Shown here: in pieces, positions 1-11,127 of the stretch
Numbering within the stretch: the first letter of the stretch is position 1
How the letters are laid out: every line of letters begins with the position of its first letter
Virus record (IMG/VR): IMGVR_UViG_3300025072_002799
Span: 32,001-96,000 of that record
DNA from: a virus
DNA length: 64,000 nucleotides
Direction: 5' to 3' (one strand)
Program-made: the position numbers and the translations under genes
Notes under the pieces: model-generated
What the model was told of the DNA's origin: nothing
Databases searched by the model: none
Seen by the model: only the letters and a program-made list of their open reading frames with translations

Positions 1-2
1 AT

Positions 3-1394
3 CCTCCAGACAATGCTGCTGTAATAAAGGGATTTCAATATTCTTTTAAGTGCAATGGAACTGGGGGCTGCTCGTGTGAATTAGAAATTCATGACACTCA
101 AGGAGGTAGCTTTGACACCTTTTTCAAAAAATTAAATAAGAAGAATAAAGATATTGCTAAAAATTACGATATGTCTGTCGAATTTGGGTGGGCTGGCCTA
201 AATTGCGATGGAGTATCTAGCGATCCTGTAGAGGCTCCCTGCACGAGTACATCTGCAAGACCTTTAAAGACTGGTAAAATATTCTTTATGCCCATGTCTA
301 TATCAACGAATTATGAAAGTGGCAAAATCAAGTTCATAATTGAAGGAGTAGACACAATGCAAAGAATGATTGACACAAGAGAAGATTCTCCGAAAGGAAG
401 CAATACAGACAAAGACAAAAAAGTGTCAATGCGTGAAGCCATAGTTCAAATGTTCGATGACAGGGGAGTTACTGTCAAATTTCAAAGAGTGACAAAGAAG
501 GGAAAGTTGGTCGATGTTGGATTTAAGCAAGTTGAAAATTCAAAACCTGACAGCATTGGTCCTGGTCATGGTGGCGCTCAGGGATTGTACAACACAAATA
601 ATAACGACCCATTTAGGGCTGCGCTTGAATGGTTGAAAGATGCGTTGTCAGAACATGGAGAACTGCCATTTGTTCCAATATGGGATGCATGCAAGGAAGA
701 TCCTACTTTAATATTCTTAGAAAGCCCTAAGCCATCATGTGATTGTAAGGGTGGATTGCAGAGAAATATGGGGACATATCTTGTAAATGGAGGAGGCGAA
801 AGTCCAGTAATATCATTTGCTCCAAAAATAAAATGGGCATATCAATACGCCAATCCGAGCGGAGGCGGTGATTCCACCGCGCAGGGCGGAGGAGCTACAA
901 AGGTTGATGGCTCAGAACCAGACTGTGATCTTCAAGAAGAAAATGGCATGCTTGTCAATCTAATTCCAACTGAACAATCTGGAACCCAACATGGAGGCAA
1001 ACAAAATGAAGAAAATGCAAAGATTGCTCCTAAATTAAACAGGGCTTGGATCAACAATGAGCCAATTTCTTGTCAGTTAACTGTTCAAGGAGATCCAGCA
1101 TTTTTTGCTCCTGTTCAAATGGTTGCAAACGCATTTTCAATAATAGTAGTAAATCCATATCACTATATTAAATCACCGTCTGGCGCAAGTGGAGACTGTG
1201 GAGAGTGGATTGCAGAGCCAACTGTAAATACCCATTTTAGTAACAAAAATTGGATAATAAAAGGTATCACTCATCAAATAAAAGAAGGATCATTCCAAAC
1301 GTTATTTGATATGTGGGTTGCAGCGCCGATGGTGAATATAAGTAAAGATCAGCCAATTGGATGCAAGGGGTCTGGCGGAGTGACAGTCAGTTAA
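3..1394 (+). CDS. Baseplate hub / tail-associated protein (gp27 or late-control-D-like), 5'-truncated
   Basis: The frame is open from base 3, upstream of the Met at 171. The C-terminal 'LTVQGDP...WIIKGITHQI..GSFQT' fits hub proteins, and the gene sits directly upstream of a gp5-like gene. Confidence 0.6.
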   Translation, partial: PPDNAAVIKGFQYSFKCNGTGGCSCELEIHDTQGGSFDTFFKKLNKKNKDIAKNYDMSVEFGWAGLNCDGVSSDPVEAPCTSTSARPLKTGKIFFMPMSISTNYESGKIKFIIEGVDTMQRMIDTREDSPKGSNTDKDKKVSMREAIVQMFDDRGVTVKFQRVTKKGKLVDVGFKQVENSKPDSIGPGHGGAQGLYNTNNNDPFRAALEWLKDALSEHGELPFVPIWDACKEDPTLIFLESPKPSCDCKGGLQRNMGTYLVNGGGESPVISFAPKIKWAYQYANPSGGGDSTAQGGGATKVDGSEPDCDLQEENGMLVNLIPTEQSGTQHGGKQNEENAKIAPKLNRAWINNEPISCQLTVQGDPAFFAPVQMVANAFSIIVVNPYHYIKSPSGASGDCGEWIAEPTVNTHFSNKNWIIKGITHQIKEGSFQTLFDMWVAAPMVNISKDQPIGCKGSGGVTVS

Positions 1395-1427
1395 AGAGGA
1401 TAGGTCAATTAAATAGGTTAAAAAATT

Positions 1428-3497
1428 ATGGCTAATGTAACAGAACTAAACAACAGGCTTAAGGTGTTGGAAGAAAGACTCCAATCTATGAACACTGACT
1501 TAAGTGCTGTTGTTCAGAGCGAATTCAAAAGAAGATTTAAAACAGATATTCAAAAGCCGATGCAATTTGGCATGTATCGCGCAATGTGCGTTCAAACTAT
1601 AGATCCACTTAAGCAAAACAGAGTTCAATTTTATTCTCCTCTTTGGACAGACGCAGATACGACAATTGATCAATTGCCATTTGCAAATCAAGTAAGCTCA
1701 ATGGGAGGATTTGATGATTGTGGATTAAATTGGGTTCCGCCAGCAAGTTCAACTTTATGTTTAATGTGTGAGGCTGGTGATCGTGATGCAATTTATTACA
1801 TTGGTACAATATGGACAAGAGATCGTGGTCCAGATGGATCTGAATGTAATGGCAATCCTCATAATTTCAATTTTCCGGTGGATGAATATGATTGCATTTG
1901 GGAAGGACACCGGAAAGGGTATTTGGTAGGTCCAAATGACGGATCTCAGATATTCCCGCCTTGGAACACAGAAAACTACAACAACTTTGATTCAGACACA
2001 GAAAGCGACTTTTATGAAGATGAAGCCGCACAAAGAAGCGTTACATGGCCTCACATTTACGGATTTAAAACTCCAGAAAAGCACATGCTTAAAATGGTAG
2101 ATGGAAATGCAAAATGCAATAGAAGATATAAAAGACTTGAATTAATGTCTGGCACTGGGAATTGGTTGATGTTCAAAGATGATCATCTTAGACCGTGCGG
2201 AGAATGGTCAAACACAAACATGGGACCTCCAGAACCTCCTAGATTTGCAGTTAGATGCCAAAACCTAGAAAGAGTAGCCTTAGGCAGTCCTGCCTCATGT
2301 GGCGAATCTGGGGAAGATAAGAGTGAATGTGATTCAAGTACAAACTTCCTTGATTGCGGTCAACCAAAACCAATTCTAGGTGATTGTCAAGCAAGAAGTG
2401 GCGAACAAATTAAAGAGGAAATGAACAAAGGAACAAATCCTTACTTCAAGCACGCCAGCGAATGCAGACCATATCGTGGTCCTGGCACACCATTGAACCC
2501 TAAATGTGCATTGCCGCAAAGTGGTTTTCAAATTCAATCTATCTCTGGTCATAATTTAGTTGCTGATGATTCAGTGGATATGCCAGAGGGATGCCCAGAA
2601 TGGGAAAGGTCTTTAGAATCATTTGGTTTTGGATCAAATGATTTATACAAGGGGAAAACTCATCTTCAGTCTGCTACTGGTCACATACTTGAAATGATGG
2701 ACACAGAAGATACTCCAAGCAACAGAGATAAAGATAATGGAATAAGAATTGAAACTGCTTCTGGCAATAGTATTAAATTAAATGACCATACAACCCCAGA
2801 ATGTACCGCTGGTGATGAGAGAGGAATATTCCTTAAAAGCACAAGCAGCCACACCATAGAAATGACAGATGTTACCGCAAAACAATGCAGCCCTCCAAGA
2901 GCAGACAAGGGACAGCCTGCTCCAACAGCCAAAAGCGACAGAAACTTCATTAAGTTGAGAACTGGATATGGTGTTCAAATTGAAATGAACGACTCCTTTA
3001 CCCAAAAACAAGAAACACAGCAGCAATTTCTTCAGCTTACAACTCCACAATATGATGCTTGTTGCGGTCCTCACTTCCTAAGAATGCAAGAGCTTCCGAA
3101 CTGCGGGTATGTATTTTTACGGGCTGCTGGAGACTATATTAGATCAACTGCTGGTGTGGACATTAATGTTGTTGGTGACAAGGAAGGATGTTTGGGACCA
3201 CAAAATAAATTCACCCTTGTGACAGACAACTTTTTGATTGACACAGATCAAGTTTATTTTAATCACGCTCAATTACACGTATTCTTCTCAGAATCATACA
3301 TATTATTATTAGCGGGAAGAGATTGCGAGGATTCAAATGGTGAGCCAACTCCTTGCATCTACCCCGTTATTGTAGGAAGATGCCCAAAAGTGTGTCCAAT
3401 GACAGGATTTGTTCACTGGACGGAGAAATCCATGAGCATGCGAGTATTCGCATCTGCCGACACTCAAGGACCTGAAGCCGCTGATGGCGGCTGTTAG
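1428..3497 (+). CDS. Baseplate spike protein (gp5/VgrG/GpV OB-fold), cysteine-rich
   Basis: OB-fold motif 'GMYRA.C...DP..NRV...GLNWVP...EAGD...YYIG', repeated '(S/T)GH.L.M.D' beta-helix-like motifs, and position just before gp25. Confidence 0.75.
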   Translation: MANVTELNNRLKVLEERLQSMNTDLSAVVQSEFKRRFKTDIQKPMQFGMYRAMCVQTIDPLKQNRVQFYSPLWTDADTTIDQLPFANQVSSMGGFDDCGLNWVPPASSTLCLMCEAGDRDAIYYIGTIWTRDRGPDGSECNGNPHNFNFPVDEYDCIWEGHRKGYLVGPNDGSQIFPPWNTENYNNFDSDTESDFYEDEAAQRSVTWPHIYGFKTPEKHMLKMVDGNAKCNRRYKRLELMSGTGNWLMFKDDHLRPCGEWSNTNMGPPEPPRFAVRCQNLERVALGSPASCGESGEDKSECDSSTNFLDCGQPKPILGDCQARSGEQIKEEMNKGTNPYFKHASECRPYRGPGTPLNPKCALPQSGFQIQSISGHNLVADDSVDMPEGCPEWERSLESFGFGSNDLYKGKTHLQSATGHILEMMDTEDTPSNRDKDNGIRIETASGNSIKLNDHTTPECTAGDERGIFLKSTSSHTIEMTDVTAKQCSPPRADKGQPAPTAKSDRNFIKLRTGYGVQIEMNDSFTQKQETQQQFLQLTTPQYDACCGPHFLRMQELPNCGYVFLRAAGDYIRSTAGVDINVVGDKEGCLGPQNKFTLVTDNFLIDTDQVYFNHAQLHVFFSESYILLLAGRDCEDSNGEPTPCIYPVIVGRCPKVCPMTGFVHWTEKSMSMRVFASADTQGPEAADGGC

Positions 3498-3521
3498 TTA
3501 ATTAATATATTTGGTAAATAA

Positions 3522-3947
3522 ATGGCAAAAAAATTCATTGGTGTTCCTTATCCAATTACTAAAAAACCAAGAGGACTGTTGCAAAGTTCCTCTGGCGTTG
3601 ATCAAATTAAAGCAGATCTTTTGCAATTACTTTTGACCAATCCTGGGGAAAGAGTGATGTTATTGGATTATGGCACTCCTCTAAAGGATCTAATGTTTGA
3701 GCCAAATGATGAAACTGTTCAAATTATGGCCAGAGAAATGATCATTAGAGCGATAGAACTTTGGGAACCACGAATAGCCGTCAATCAAATTGATGTTGGC
3801 GTAGGTCCTGAGTTTAAGGATTCCTTAAATCCTGCTCAAACATCTGATGACGAACTTCATATATTGTTTATTAGAATAAGTTTTTTCGACCCAGAAGAAA
3901 TACAGGAAGTTCAAGAATTAGTATTGCAAGTACCACTTGGAGGATAA
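3522..3947 (+). CDS. Baseplate wedge subunit (gp25/GpW family)
   Basis: 'LLLTNPGERVM..DYGT.L..LMFEP...IELWEPRI' signature. Confidence 0.92.
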   Translation: MAKKFIGVPYPITKKPRGLLQSSSGVDQIKADLLQLLLTNPGERVMLLDYGTPLKDLMFEPNDETVQIMAREMIIRAIELWEPRIAVNQIDVGVGPEFKDSLNPAQTSDDELHILFIRISFFDPEEIQEVQELVLQVPLGG

Positions 3948-5495
3948 ATGGCTGCTGATAATAATTGTCCCTTTGACGTAACACCACTAGGACAGTCCGA
4001 ACCTATAGAAAATCAAAATATAGTAAATCTAAATTACACTAATCAAAACTTTTGGTCAATGAAAAGTAGGTTGATTGATTTTATTAGAAATCGTTTTTCA
4101 ACAGATTTCAATGATTTCATTGAATCAGATTTGGCTCTTATGTTGATCGAGTCTTGGTCATTTATAGCAGATACACTCTCTTTCAAAACTGACCAAGTTG
4201 CCAATGAGATTTTCATTGACACCGTAACAGAAATAGAAAATGCCTTCAGACTTTCAAAATTAATGGGTTTTGAACCAACTCCGCCTATAGCAGCAACAAG
4301 TCAATGGAGTGCCGTAATCAATACTCCACTAACTACAGATCTTGTAATTGATGCCCCACTAATCGTAGACGTTGGAAATGTTAAGATAGAGTTATTTCCG
4401 GCAGATGCAAACAATAATCCAATATTTGACGATCCAATTATAATTACAGCAGGAAGCCTAGTTAACGACACAGTTATAGGAGTCGAAGGGAAAACATTTA
4501 CAGATATAGTTACAGGAACCGGAGAGGCAAATCAAACTATTCAGCTAGAGCAATCGCCAGTCATATTTGACTCAATCAGAGTTAGCGTAGACGGAATACC
4601 TTGGGAGCAAGTAGATTATTTCTCTGATTCACAGCCACGTAGAGAATTTAGGGTTGAATTTGATTCAGAATATAATGCTTTTGTTATTTTTGGAAATGAT
4701 ATTGCAGGGCTTTTGCCATCACGAAGTTCTACGATTGAAGCAACATATAGATCTGGTGGTGGCACAGCAGGTAATATTGTTACTGGATTTGCAGCAACAC
4801 AAAGAGGGTTTGATGTTCCAAACGTTCCATTTAGGGTTCCAGTATCATTTAGAAACTTTACCGCTGGCATTGGCGGATATGATGGGGATACCGTTGAAGA
4901 TATTAGAAGAAATCTTCCAAAATTCCTTAGAACACAAGATCGTGCAGTAACAGGGTTGGACTACAAAACATTAGCCGATCTTTTTGCTACTCCATATCAT
5001 GGTCAAGTTGGAAAGTCTACCGCTGTTTTAAGAAATCATGGGTGTGCTGGCAATGTTATTGATTTGTACATTTTGGCACGAGAAGGAGAAAACGGATTAG
5101 TCGAAGCTGGGAATGATCTAAAAGAAGATCTTGCCGATGAACTAGATGTTAAGAAAATGTTTACAGACTTTGTTTGCATCAGAAATGGAGAAGTGATTTT
5201 GTCCGATGTAAACATTGATGTTACTGTAAACAGGTTGCATAGAAACTTTGAAGATGAATTAAGAGAAAGGATTGACCGTCGCATAGATGGATTTTTCAAT
5301 TTAAATTCATGGGAATTCGGAGACAACCTAAAAGAAGCAGACATCATCAAAGCACTTTCTGATATGCGAGAACTAAGTGAAATTGATGTGACATTTACCA
5401 CTGATGACGAGGATAATTCTGGGGACATTGTTGTTGCCAGATACTTTGAAATAATAAGACCTGACACTGTTACAATAACATTTAATTTTGAATAA
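3948..5495 (+). CDS. Baseplate wedge protein (gp6 / baseplate J-like)
   Basis: 'DFNDF.ESD...', 'FGNDIAG..P', 'Y.SGGG.AGN' and 'QDRAVT..DY' motifs. Confidence 0.9.
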   Translation: MAADNNCPFDVTPLGQSEPIENQNIVNLNYTNQNFWSMKSRLIDFIRNRFSTDFNDFIESDLALMLIESWSFIADTLSFKTDQVANEIFIDTVTEIENAFRLSKLMGFEPTPPIAATSQWSAVINTPLTTDLVIDAPLIVDVGNVKIELFPADANNNPIFDDPIIITAGSLVNDTVIGVEGKTFTDIVTGTGEANQTIQLEQSPVIFDSIRVSVDGIPWEQVDYFSDSQPRREFRVEFDSEYNAFVIFGNDIAGLLPSRSSTIEATYRSGGGTAGNIVTGFAATQRGFDVPNVPFRVPVSFRNFTAGIGGYDGDTVEDIRRNLPKFLRTQDRAVTGLDYKTLADLFATPYHGQVGKSTAVLRNHGCAGNVIDLYILAREGENGLVEAGNDLKEDLADELDVKKMFTDFVCIRNGEVILSDVNIDVTVNRLHRNFEDELRERIDRRIDGFFNLNSWEFGDNLKEADIIKALSDMRELSEIDVTFTTDDEDNSGDIVVARYFEIIRPDTVTITFNFE

Positions 5496-8400
5496 TGGCT
5501 GATAAAAGAATAAACGAAAATCCGAAAAATACGGATACAGTAATTTTACAATTCAAAACTCCAGTTGATAACTGTTTTTTGGAAAATCCATACAAAGTGG
5601 ATGATGTAAAAATATACTTTGTTTCTAAGGACTTTACCGCAACAAACGCACAAGCATTTGATAAGCGAATACCAGATGAAACATTAGTGGAGGTTGCAGA
5701 AGCGGCAGAAGAGGCTTCTTGTGCTGATCCAGGCAATGAAGAATTGGAGTCCGAAGCAATAAAAAGGCGAAGTGAGGCTGATGCATCAGGAACAGTAAGT
5801 CAATTTTATTTCAACAATGCAGAAGCAGTAAAAGTTATTGGCAATTCTGTAAGACCAGCGTGGCTTTCTACTGGATCTGACGAAGACAATCAATTGATAT
5901 TGATTGACGAAGACGAAGATGGAAACACTCAATTTGGACACTTTGAATATCATTGGCAATCAAATGGTCAGGCTCGCCCTGGCGATTATTTCGTTTGTTG
6001 GAAATGGACCCCTCATATAGCTGGGGATAAGTGCAGTGACTTTTTTCACTTCACACTTCATGGAGACACATTACAAAGTACCGCTATACCAACCCATAGC
6101 ACTGATCCAGAAAAATATTCTACATTATTAAAAAACTACACCCCAACCATGTATTCGCAAATAATTTGCGACAATGACAAAACACCAGAAACAATAGAGA
6201 GGCTTAACAATTCTGTTGCAGATGGATTTACATTCATAGAAGACTTCACAAATCAAATGATTGATTTGTTAGACGCAAATGCTACCGAAACTGCGCTTCT
6301 CCCACTTCTAGCCAATCAATTTAATGTAAAGCTAAAAGGAAATGATGTAACTCGTTGGAGAAGGCAAATCAAAAACTCAGTCCCGTTGTATAAAAAGAAA
6401 GGAACAAAAGGCGGATTAGAAGAGGCATTTGATCAAGCTGGAATGAAATTGACAAAATGTACTGCTCTATGGCAAATTGTGTCACAATCAACATATTGTG
6501 AATCCTTTTTTGTAGAAGAAGACCAAACTGTGTTTGTTCTCGCCAACACTCCAATAGATCCAACTGTCACCGATACAGATAATTTTGCATTGTCCATTAG
6601 ACTTGATGGCACAACAGAGTTTTTAGATTTAACATCTGACTTTGTTACTTTTGGGACAAATGATGAAGGAGATCCTATCATGACATGGGTTGGCGATTCA
6701 CTGTCCGTTGACCCAATTATATTAGAAACGGACGACATTGTAAAAGTCCTTTACAAAATAGCCGAACCTGATAGTCAGTCTGTGGAAGATTACATTAGAG
6801 CATTAGATCTAATGGATCAAAAAGACGTTTCTATAGTGTATCCTCCCAAAAATTGGAATGTAAGAGTCCTAGAAGAAGACGATCCACTTTTCAGTGTTTT
6901 AATTCCAAGCGTTCACCCTTACGCAGATCCTATTGTTTGGGGACAAATTAGAACAGAGTTTCCGTTTTCGGAAAACCTTTACAATATGGAAGAATACAAT
7001 GGTAGCAAAAGGAACTCTAATGACCCATGCAACATTGATAAAGCCTTTGTAGACGAATGCAGTGCTTGTCGTAGTAGCAAATACATATTGGATGTAGAAA
7101 TAGATGACCTTACTGATGATAGAATATTAGAAGTCACTGACATTGCCGAAGAATATGCTCCATTCCATGCAGTTTTGCATAGAATTAACTTTACAGGGGC
7201 AATTAATGAATTTATAGGACCTCCAATTGAAGACATTTCCATTCTCGTGTACTGGAGCATTGAACAAACGGTTCTTTCCGCAAATGGCGCACAGACGATT
7301 TTCAGCAGATCTATGGACGACCCTCACAACCCTGATGTGCAGGTATTTAGAGGCGACCCAAGTGATGGAAACAGGTATTTAACAGAAAACTTTGAAGTGG
7401 CTGCAAGTGCATCAGGAGAAGACGCACAGAACATAGACATCGTTTTGTATTCTCCAGATCAAGACTTCACACTTAATGAAATTGATTTGGATTATTCCGC
7501 TACAGCCTATCCTCCACACACTTCTCATAACGTTGTAGAAATACTTTCTCCACACACACATTCGGGCGTTTATTTTGATGCATTGTCCGATCCTGGGCGT
7601 AATTTAATTAAATTCACTGGAGTCTCAGAGCCAATTACAACGTCAGAATTCACATACAACCTATCAAGTGTAATTTATGACAATGGTGGTGGTGCCACAT
7701 TAGTGAAAGACAATCTTTATATGCTATCAGATGAGAATTTAGATTTCTCTGATGTAAAAACTCAATGGGACGTAGACAATTCGCCGGAATACTCTGGCGG
7801 TGCTTGGCAAGTTTCAATTCTTGCATATTCTGCCACAGCTTACGACATTCAAGAAATCCTTCCAGATGGGTCGTTGCTTTTAGTAGACCATACACCTGGA
7901 AGCCTGCCATCCAGCGATACATCATCAGTGAGTTACGATTTATTAGATGACTCAGCAATGACCATTGATACAAGTTCAACTGGAGAAATGGAAGTAAAGT
8001 TAAGAGCAAGAGTTGAATTGGTCGATGCAACAATTGAAGACATTAGAAAGTATGTGAAGCCTGGGAACAATATGGCTTATCCAACAAGCGGAGATCCACT
8101 CCTTCAATATGAGGTTTTGGGATATGTGGAAGGAGAAACCAAACAATTCTATGTTTTGTCAGACTCAACATTAGACGCTGCTTTAGCCCCATCTGTTGGA
8201 AGTGTGACAATTTCAGTATTAAATAGAATCATTGATGGAAAAGCCGGGAGCCTAAATCACAGAGGTCACAAATTAACGACAACTGTTGACTACGAAAGTT
8301 CACTGGCAGTTATGAATGGATCAAATCCTCCTGGCACAGTGCTGGAAAGCAATGATTTCATGGAGAATTATTTAGCTGAAATCACAACCGGAAGTGAAGT

Positions 8401-8770
8401 AGATTACTATTCTATTAGTGGGTGGGACGGAACTGAAATTACCCTAATAGGACCTTTTAATTCTTGGGGAACAACCGCATCTGCAAACGTAGATATTCGT
8501 TTATTGAGATTTGTCAAAGTGGAAGACGTAGATATACCAGAGTCTCCTAGTTATGCAACACAGCCTGGGCATGTATTTGATTACATAGATCGTCGAGGAA
8601 ATGAGGTCATTACAATAACTGAGGAAGCTGCCGCTACTTATGTCCCAATGGATATGTTAGCAAAAGAATTAAACGCATCTGGTAGAGATCAGGTGGTAGA
8701 CGTAACTGGCCAACACGAAGATATACAAATGAGTATCGAATGGGCTACAAAGGAAAACAAAAATGATTGA
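5495..8770 (+). CDS. Large baseplate wedge protein with P2 gpI-like domain
   Basis: 'LLPLLANQF...RWRRQIKNSVPLYKKKGT..GL' is a tail-protein-I-like motif. The gene is translationally coupled to the gp6-like gene. Confidence 0.7.
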   Translation: MADKRINENPKNTDTVILQFKTPVDNCFLENPYKVDDVKIYFVSKDFTATNAQAFDKRIPDETLVEVAEAAEEASCADPGNEELESEAIKRRSEADASGTVSQFYFNNAEAVKVIGNSVRPAWLSTGSDEDNQLILIDEDEDGNTQFGHFEYHWQSNGQARPGDYFVCWKWTPHIAGDKCSDFFHFTLHGDTLQSTAIPTHSTDPEKYSTLLKNYTPTMYSQIICDNDKTPETIERLNNSVADGFTFIEDFTNQMIDLLDANATETALLPLLANQFNVKLKGNDVTRWRRQIKNSVPLYKKKGTKGGLEEAFDQAGMKLTKCTALWQIVSQSTYCESFFVEEDQTVFVLANTPIDPTVTDTDNFALSIRLDGTTEFLDLTSDFVTFGTNDEGDPIMTWVGDSLSVDPIILETDDIVKVLYKIAEPDSQSVEDYIRALDLMDQKDVSIVYPPKNWNVRVLEEDDPLFSVLIPSVHPYADPIVWGQIRTEFPFSENLYNMEEYNGSKRNSNDPCNIDKAFVDECSACRSSKYILDVEIDDLTDDRILEVTDIAEEYAPFHAVLHRINFTGAINEFIGPPIEDISILVYWSIEQTVLSANGAQTIFSRSMDDPHNPDVQVFRGDPSDGNRYLTENFEVAASASGEDAQNIDIVLYSPDQDFTLNEIDLDYSATAYPPHTSHNVVEILSPHTHSGVYFDALSDPGRNLIKFTGVSEPITTSEFTYNLSSVIYDNGGGATLVKDNLYMLSDENLDFSDVKTQWDVDNSPEYSGGAWQVSILAYSATAYDIQEILPDGSLLLVDHTPGSLPSSDTSSVSYDLLDDSAMTIDTSSTGEMEVKLRARVELVDATIEDIRKYVKPGNNMAYPTSGDPLLQYEVLGYVEGETKQFYVLSDSTLDAALAPSVGSVTISVLNRIIDGKAGSLNHRGHKLTTTVDYESSLAVMNGSNPPGTVLESNDFMENYLAEITTGSEVDYYSISGWDGTEITLIGPFNSWGTTASANVDIRLLRFVKVEDVDIPESPSYATQPGHVFDYIDRRGNEVITITEEAAATYVPMDMLAKELNASGRDQVVDVTGQHEDIQMSIEWATKENKND

Positions 8771-9239
8771 AAGTAAAATTAAGCCTAAAGGCGATATTGA
8801 ACTTGTTATTGAATATAAAAATACGCCCCAAAAAGAAGTCATAACCTTCCATAATGCAATTTTAGACACTGGAAGAGAGGCTTTGGCAAAAGTATTGGCT
8901 AATGAAGTCGGAGATGTATTTGAACTATACATAAGCAGATTGCTTTTTGGAAACGGAGGAACTGTCGGAGGAGTGCCACAAGTGGTAAACTCTAACCGAA
9001 CTGGTTTATTTGGCACGACAGTGGCAAATAAATCTGCGTCCTCTAATATTGATCAAAATGCTCCTTCTCAGGTTATTTTCAGTTCTGTATTAAAATTTGA
9101 CGATGCTAATGGGGAAGATATTAACGAAATAGCATTGCAGCTTGCTAATGGTGATCTTTACAGCATGGCAACGTTTGCTGGCGTGAGTAAGACTAGCGAC
9201 ATGCAGGTCACGTTTGGGTGGCGTCTCTCATTCGTCTGA
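8763..9239 (+). CDS. Baseplate / tail-collar fibre-attachment-like protein
   Basis: 'NAIL..GREALA...INEIAL...GDLYSMATF..V.K' pattern, in baseplate context. Confidence 0.6.
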   Translation: MIESKIKPKGDIELVIEYKNTPQKEVITFHNAILDTGREALAKVLANEVGDVFELYISRLLFGNGGTVGGVPQVVNSNRTGLFGTTVANKSASSNIDQNAPSQVIFSSVLKFDDANGEDINEIALQLANGDLYSMATFAGVSKTSDMQVTFGWRLSFV

Positions 9240-9245
9240 AAAATA

Positions 9246-9275
9246 TTGACCAAATTTTTGAAACTTAACTATATT
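9246..9275 (+). promoter_or_regulatory. Putative sigma70-type promoter for the endonuclease gene
   Basis: TTGACC-N18-TATATT upstream of the SD AAGGA and the ATG at 9307. Confidence 0.4.
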
Positions 9276-9306
9276 ATATTATACAACCTAAAACAAGGAT
9301 TTTATA

Positions 9307-10296
9307 ATGTTAAGTCAAAGACAAGAAGAAATTATTACTGGGTCACTGCTAGGAGATGGAACTATATGGACAAATTTTGTTGATCCACTAATGAAATTTC
9401 AATTGTCACAATCTAAAAAAGATTATGTGGGAGTGGATAAAAAACAATACATGGGCTGGTTTGTTTCAGAATTTATGGAAATAGGATGTTCCGTTAGACC
9501 AAAAAAAGTATACCCTGGTGGTGTAATAAAAGACAAAAACAAGGAATATCATCAATATGTATTCACGACAAAATGCAATGAGTTTTGGTGCAATTTAGAG
9601 AAAGAATGGTATGTTCCTAGAGGTGATCATTGGTTTTTCAAAAGAAGAAAAATTGTTCCCAATAACATTAAATTAACACCATTGACTCTATGCATATGGC
9701 ACATGGAAGATGGATCAAGTGACGCAAAAAGTGCCAATATGACGTTAGAGACTCAAAGTTTTACGGAAATTGAAGTTGAATTTTTGATTGAAAAACTAAA
9801 ACAAGATCTTGGAATTGATGCAAATAAGAAGAAAGCAAGAAACGGACAGTTTAGAATTTACATTGGTCGTAATAATTATTTCAAATTCATTGAAATAATT
9901 AAGCCTTTTGTCGAATGGGACTGTTTTCAATACAAAATAGACACTGAAACGTATGATAAAAAGCCTCATCGTGGAGAAGATCATTCAATGTCTAAGCTGA
10001 ATGAAGAAAAAATTAAGAAGATGTTTGAATTGAGAAAACAAGGAATGGAACACAAAGATATAGCCAAACAATTCAACATTACACCTGCCAATGTATCGTT
10101 AATACTGTCTGGGGACAGATGGAGTCATTTAGGGATTGAGCCAATCAAGGTATTAAGAAAACCAAGATTGTCAAAAGAAGGTAAAAAAGAAATAATAAAA
10201 CTCCACGAACAAGGTCTTGAACAACTAGAAATATCAAAAATCATGGATTGTCATCAAACTACTGTATCCAGAACACTGAGTGGCAAGCATAAATAA
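9307..10296 (+). mobile_element. Free-standing LAGLIDADG homing endonuclease with C-terminal HTH domains
   Basis: Two motifs, 'ITGSLLGDGTI' and 'LCIWHMEDGS'. The C-terminus has 'GEDHSMSKLNE..' followed by two HTH-like segments. Confidence 0.85.
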
Positions 10297-10317
10297 TGTT
10301 CAAGGAGAAACAGCACA

Positions 10318-11127
10318 ATGCCTAATATTGAATCAGTACCACAAGTATATTACGAACCGCTCCACGTATACCATTATGAATTTGACAATTTGCCTTTGCG
10401 CAACATCATATTCAGACAGCAAATTATAAATAGTGCTCTAGACCTGCAAATATCAGATATGTCAGCAGCTAGAGGCGATGCGGGCACATTAGAGAATCGT
10501 CTTGCACAATCTCTTAACGATTCAGGGCAATTAAAAGATACTGCCATTGATTTAGCTTTGCACAACATTGCAAGCCATACAGATGGAAGCATTGATATAA
10601 GTGGAACTCCTGTCAGCTTCGTTAGGATGCTTGATGACGAAAGAGACAAGCTTGCACTTATTACAGATGAAGCAACAAATTTTTCATTGAGATTTGAAAC
10701 TGTCGGTCCTAGTTTGACCCCAGTTACATTTGATGATGGCATTTTGCCAATTGAAGATTCCAGCACGGTTACGTGGAGGTTGGATTCAGGTGGTTCGATT
10801 TTAGCTGATATGGTTTTTCCAACTTCAGCCGCACACCAGCATGTTTACGATGCTGAAGCAATAAGTGCGAGTCTTTCCTCCCCTGATTATACTAATTATA
10901 AGTCAACCTCAATTTCAACAGCATACGTAGAGGACAGCCTTCGGGTTTACATAAATGGATCACGTTTGAGTCAGGACGAGTTAATTTACGCTCCTGGCCC
11001 CACACCAACAGACGATTTCGTTCTTATTGGCTACACGGAAAGCCCTTCAGCAGGAACGTTCGTTCTAACCACAGCTATTACGGCTAGTGACGTGATTCGA
11101 ATTGATTTTGATATAGCTTTAGCATGA
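10318..11127 (+). CDS. Putative virion structural protein
   Basis: Acidic and Ser/Thr-rich, with the 'LRVYING.RL' motif of phage structural domains and a strong SD. Confidence 0.5.
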   Translation: MPNIESVPQVYYEPLHVYHYEFDNLPLRNIIFRQQIINSALDLQISDMSAARGDAGTLENRLAQSLNDSGQLKDTAIDLALHNIASHTDGSIDISGTPVSFVRMLDDERDKLALITDEATNFSLRFETVGPSLTPVTFDDGILPIEDSSTVTWRLDSGGSILADMVFPTSAAHQHVYDAEAISASLSSPDYTNYKSTSISTAYVEDSLRVYINGSRLSQDELIYAPGPTPTDDFVLIGYTESPSAGTFVLTTAITASDVIRIDFDIALA

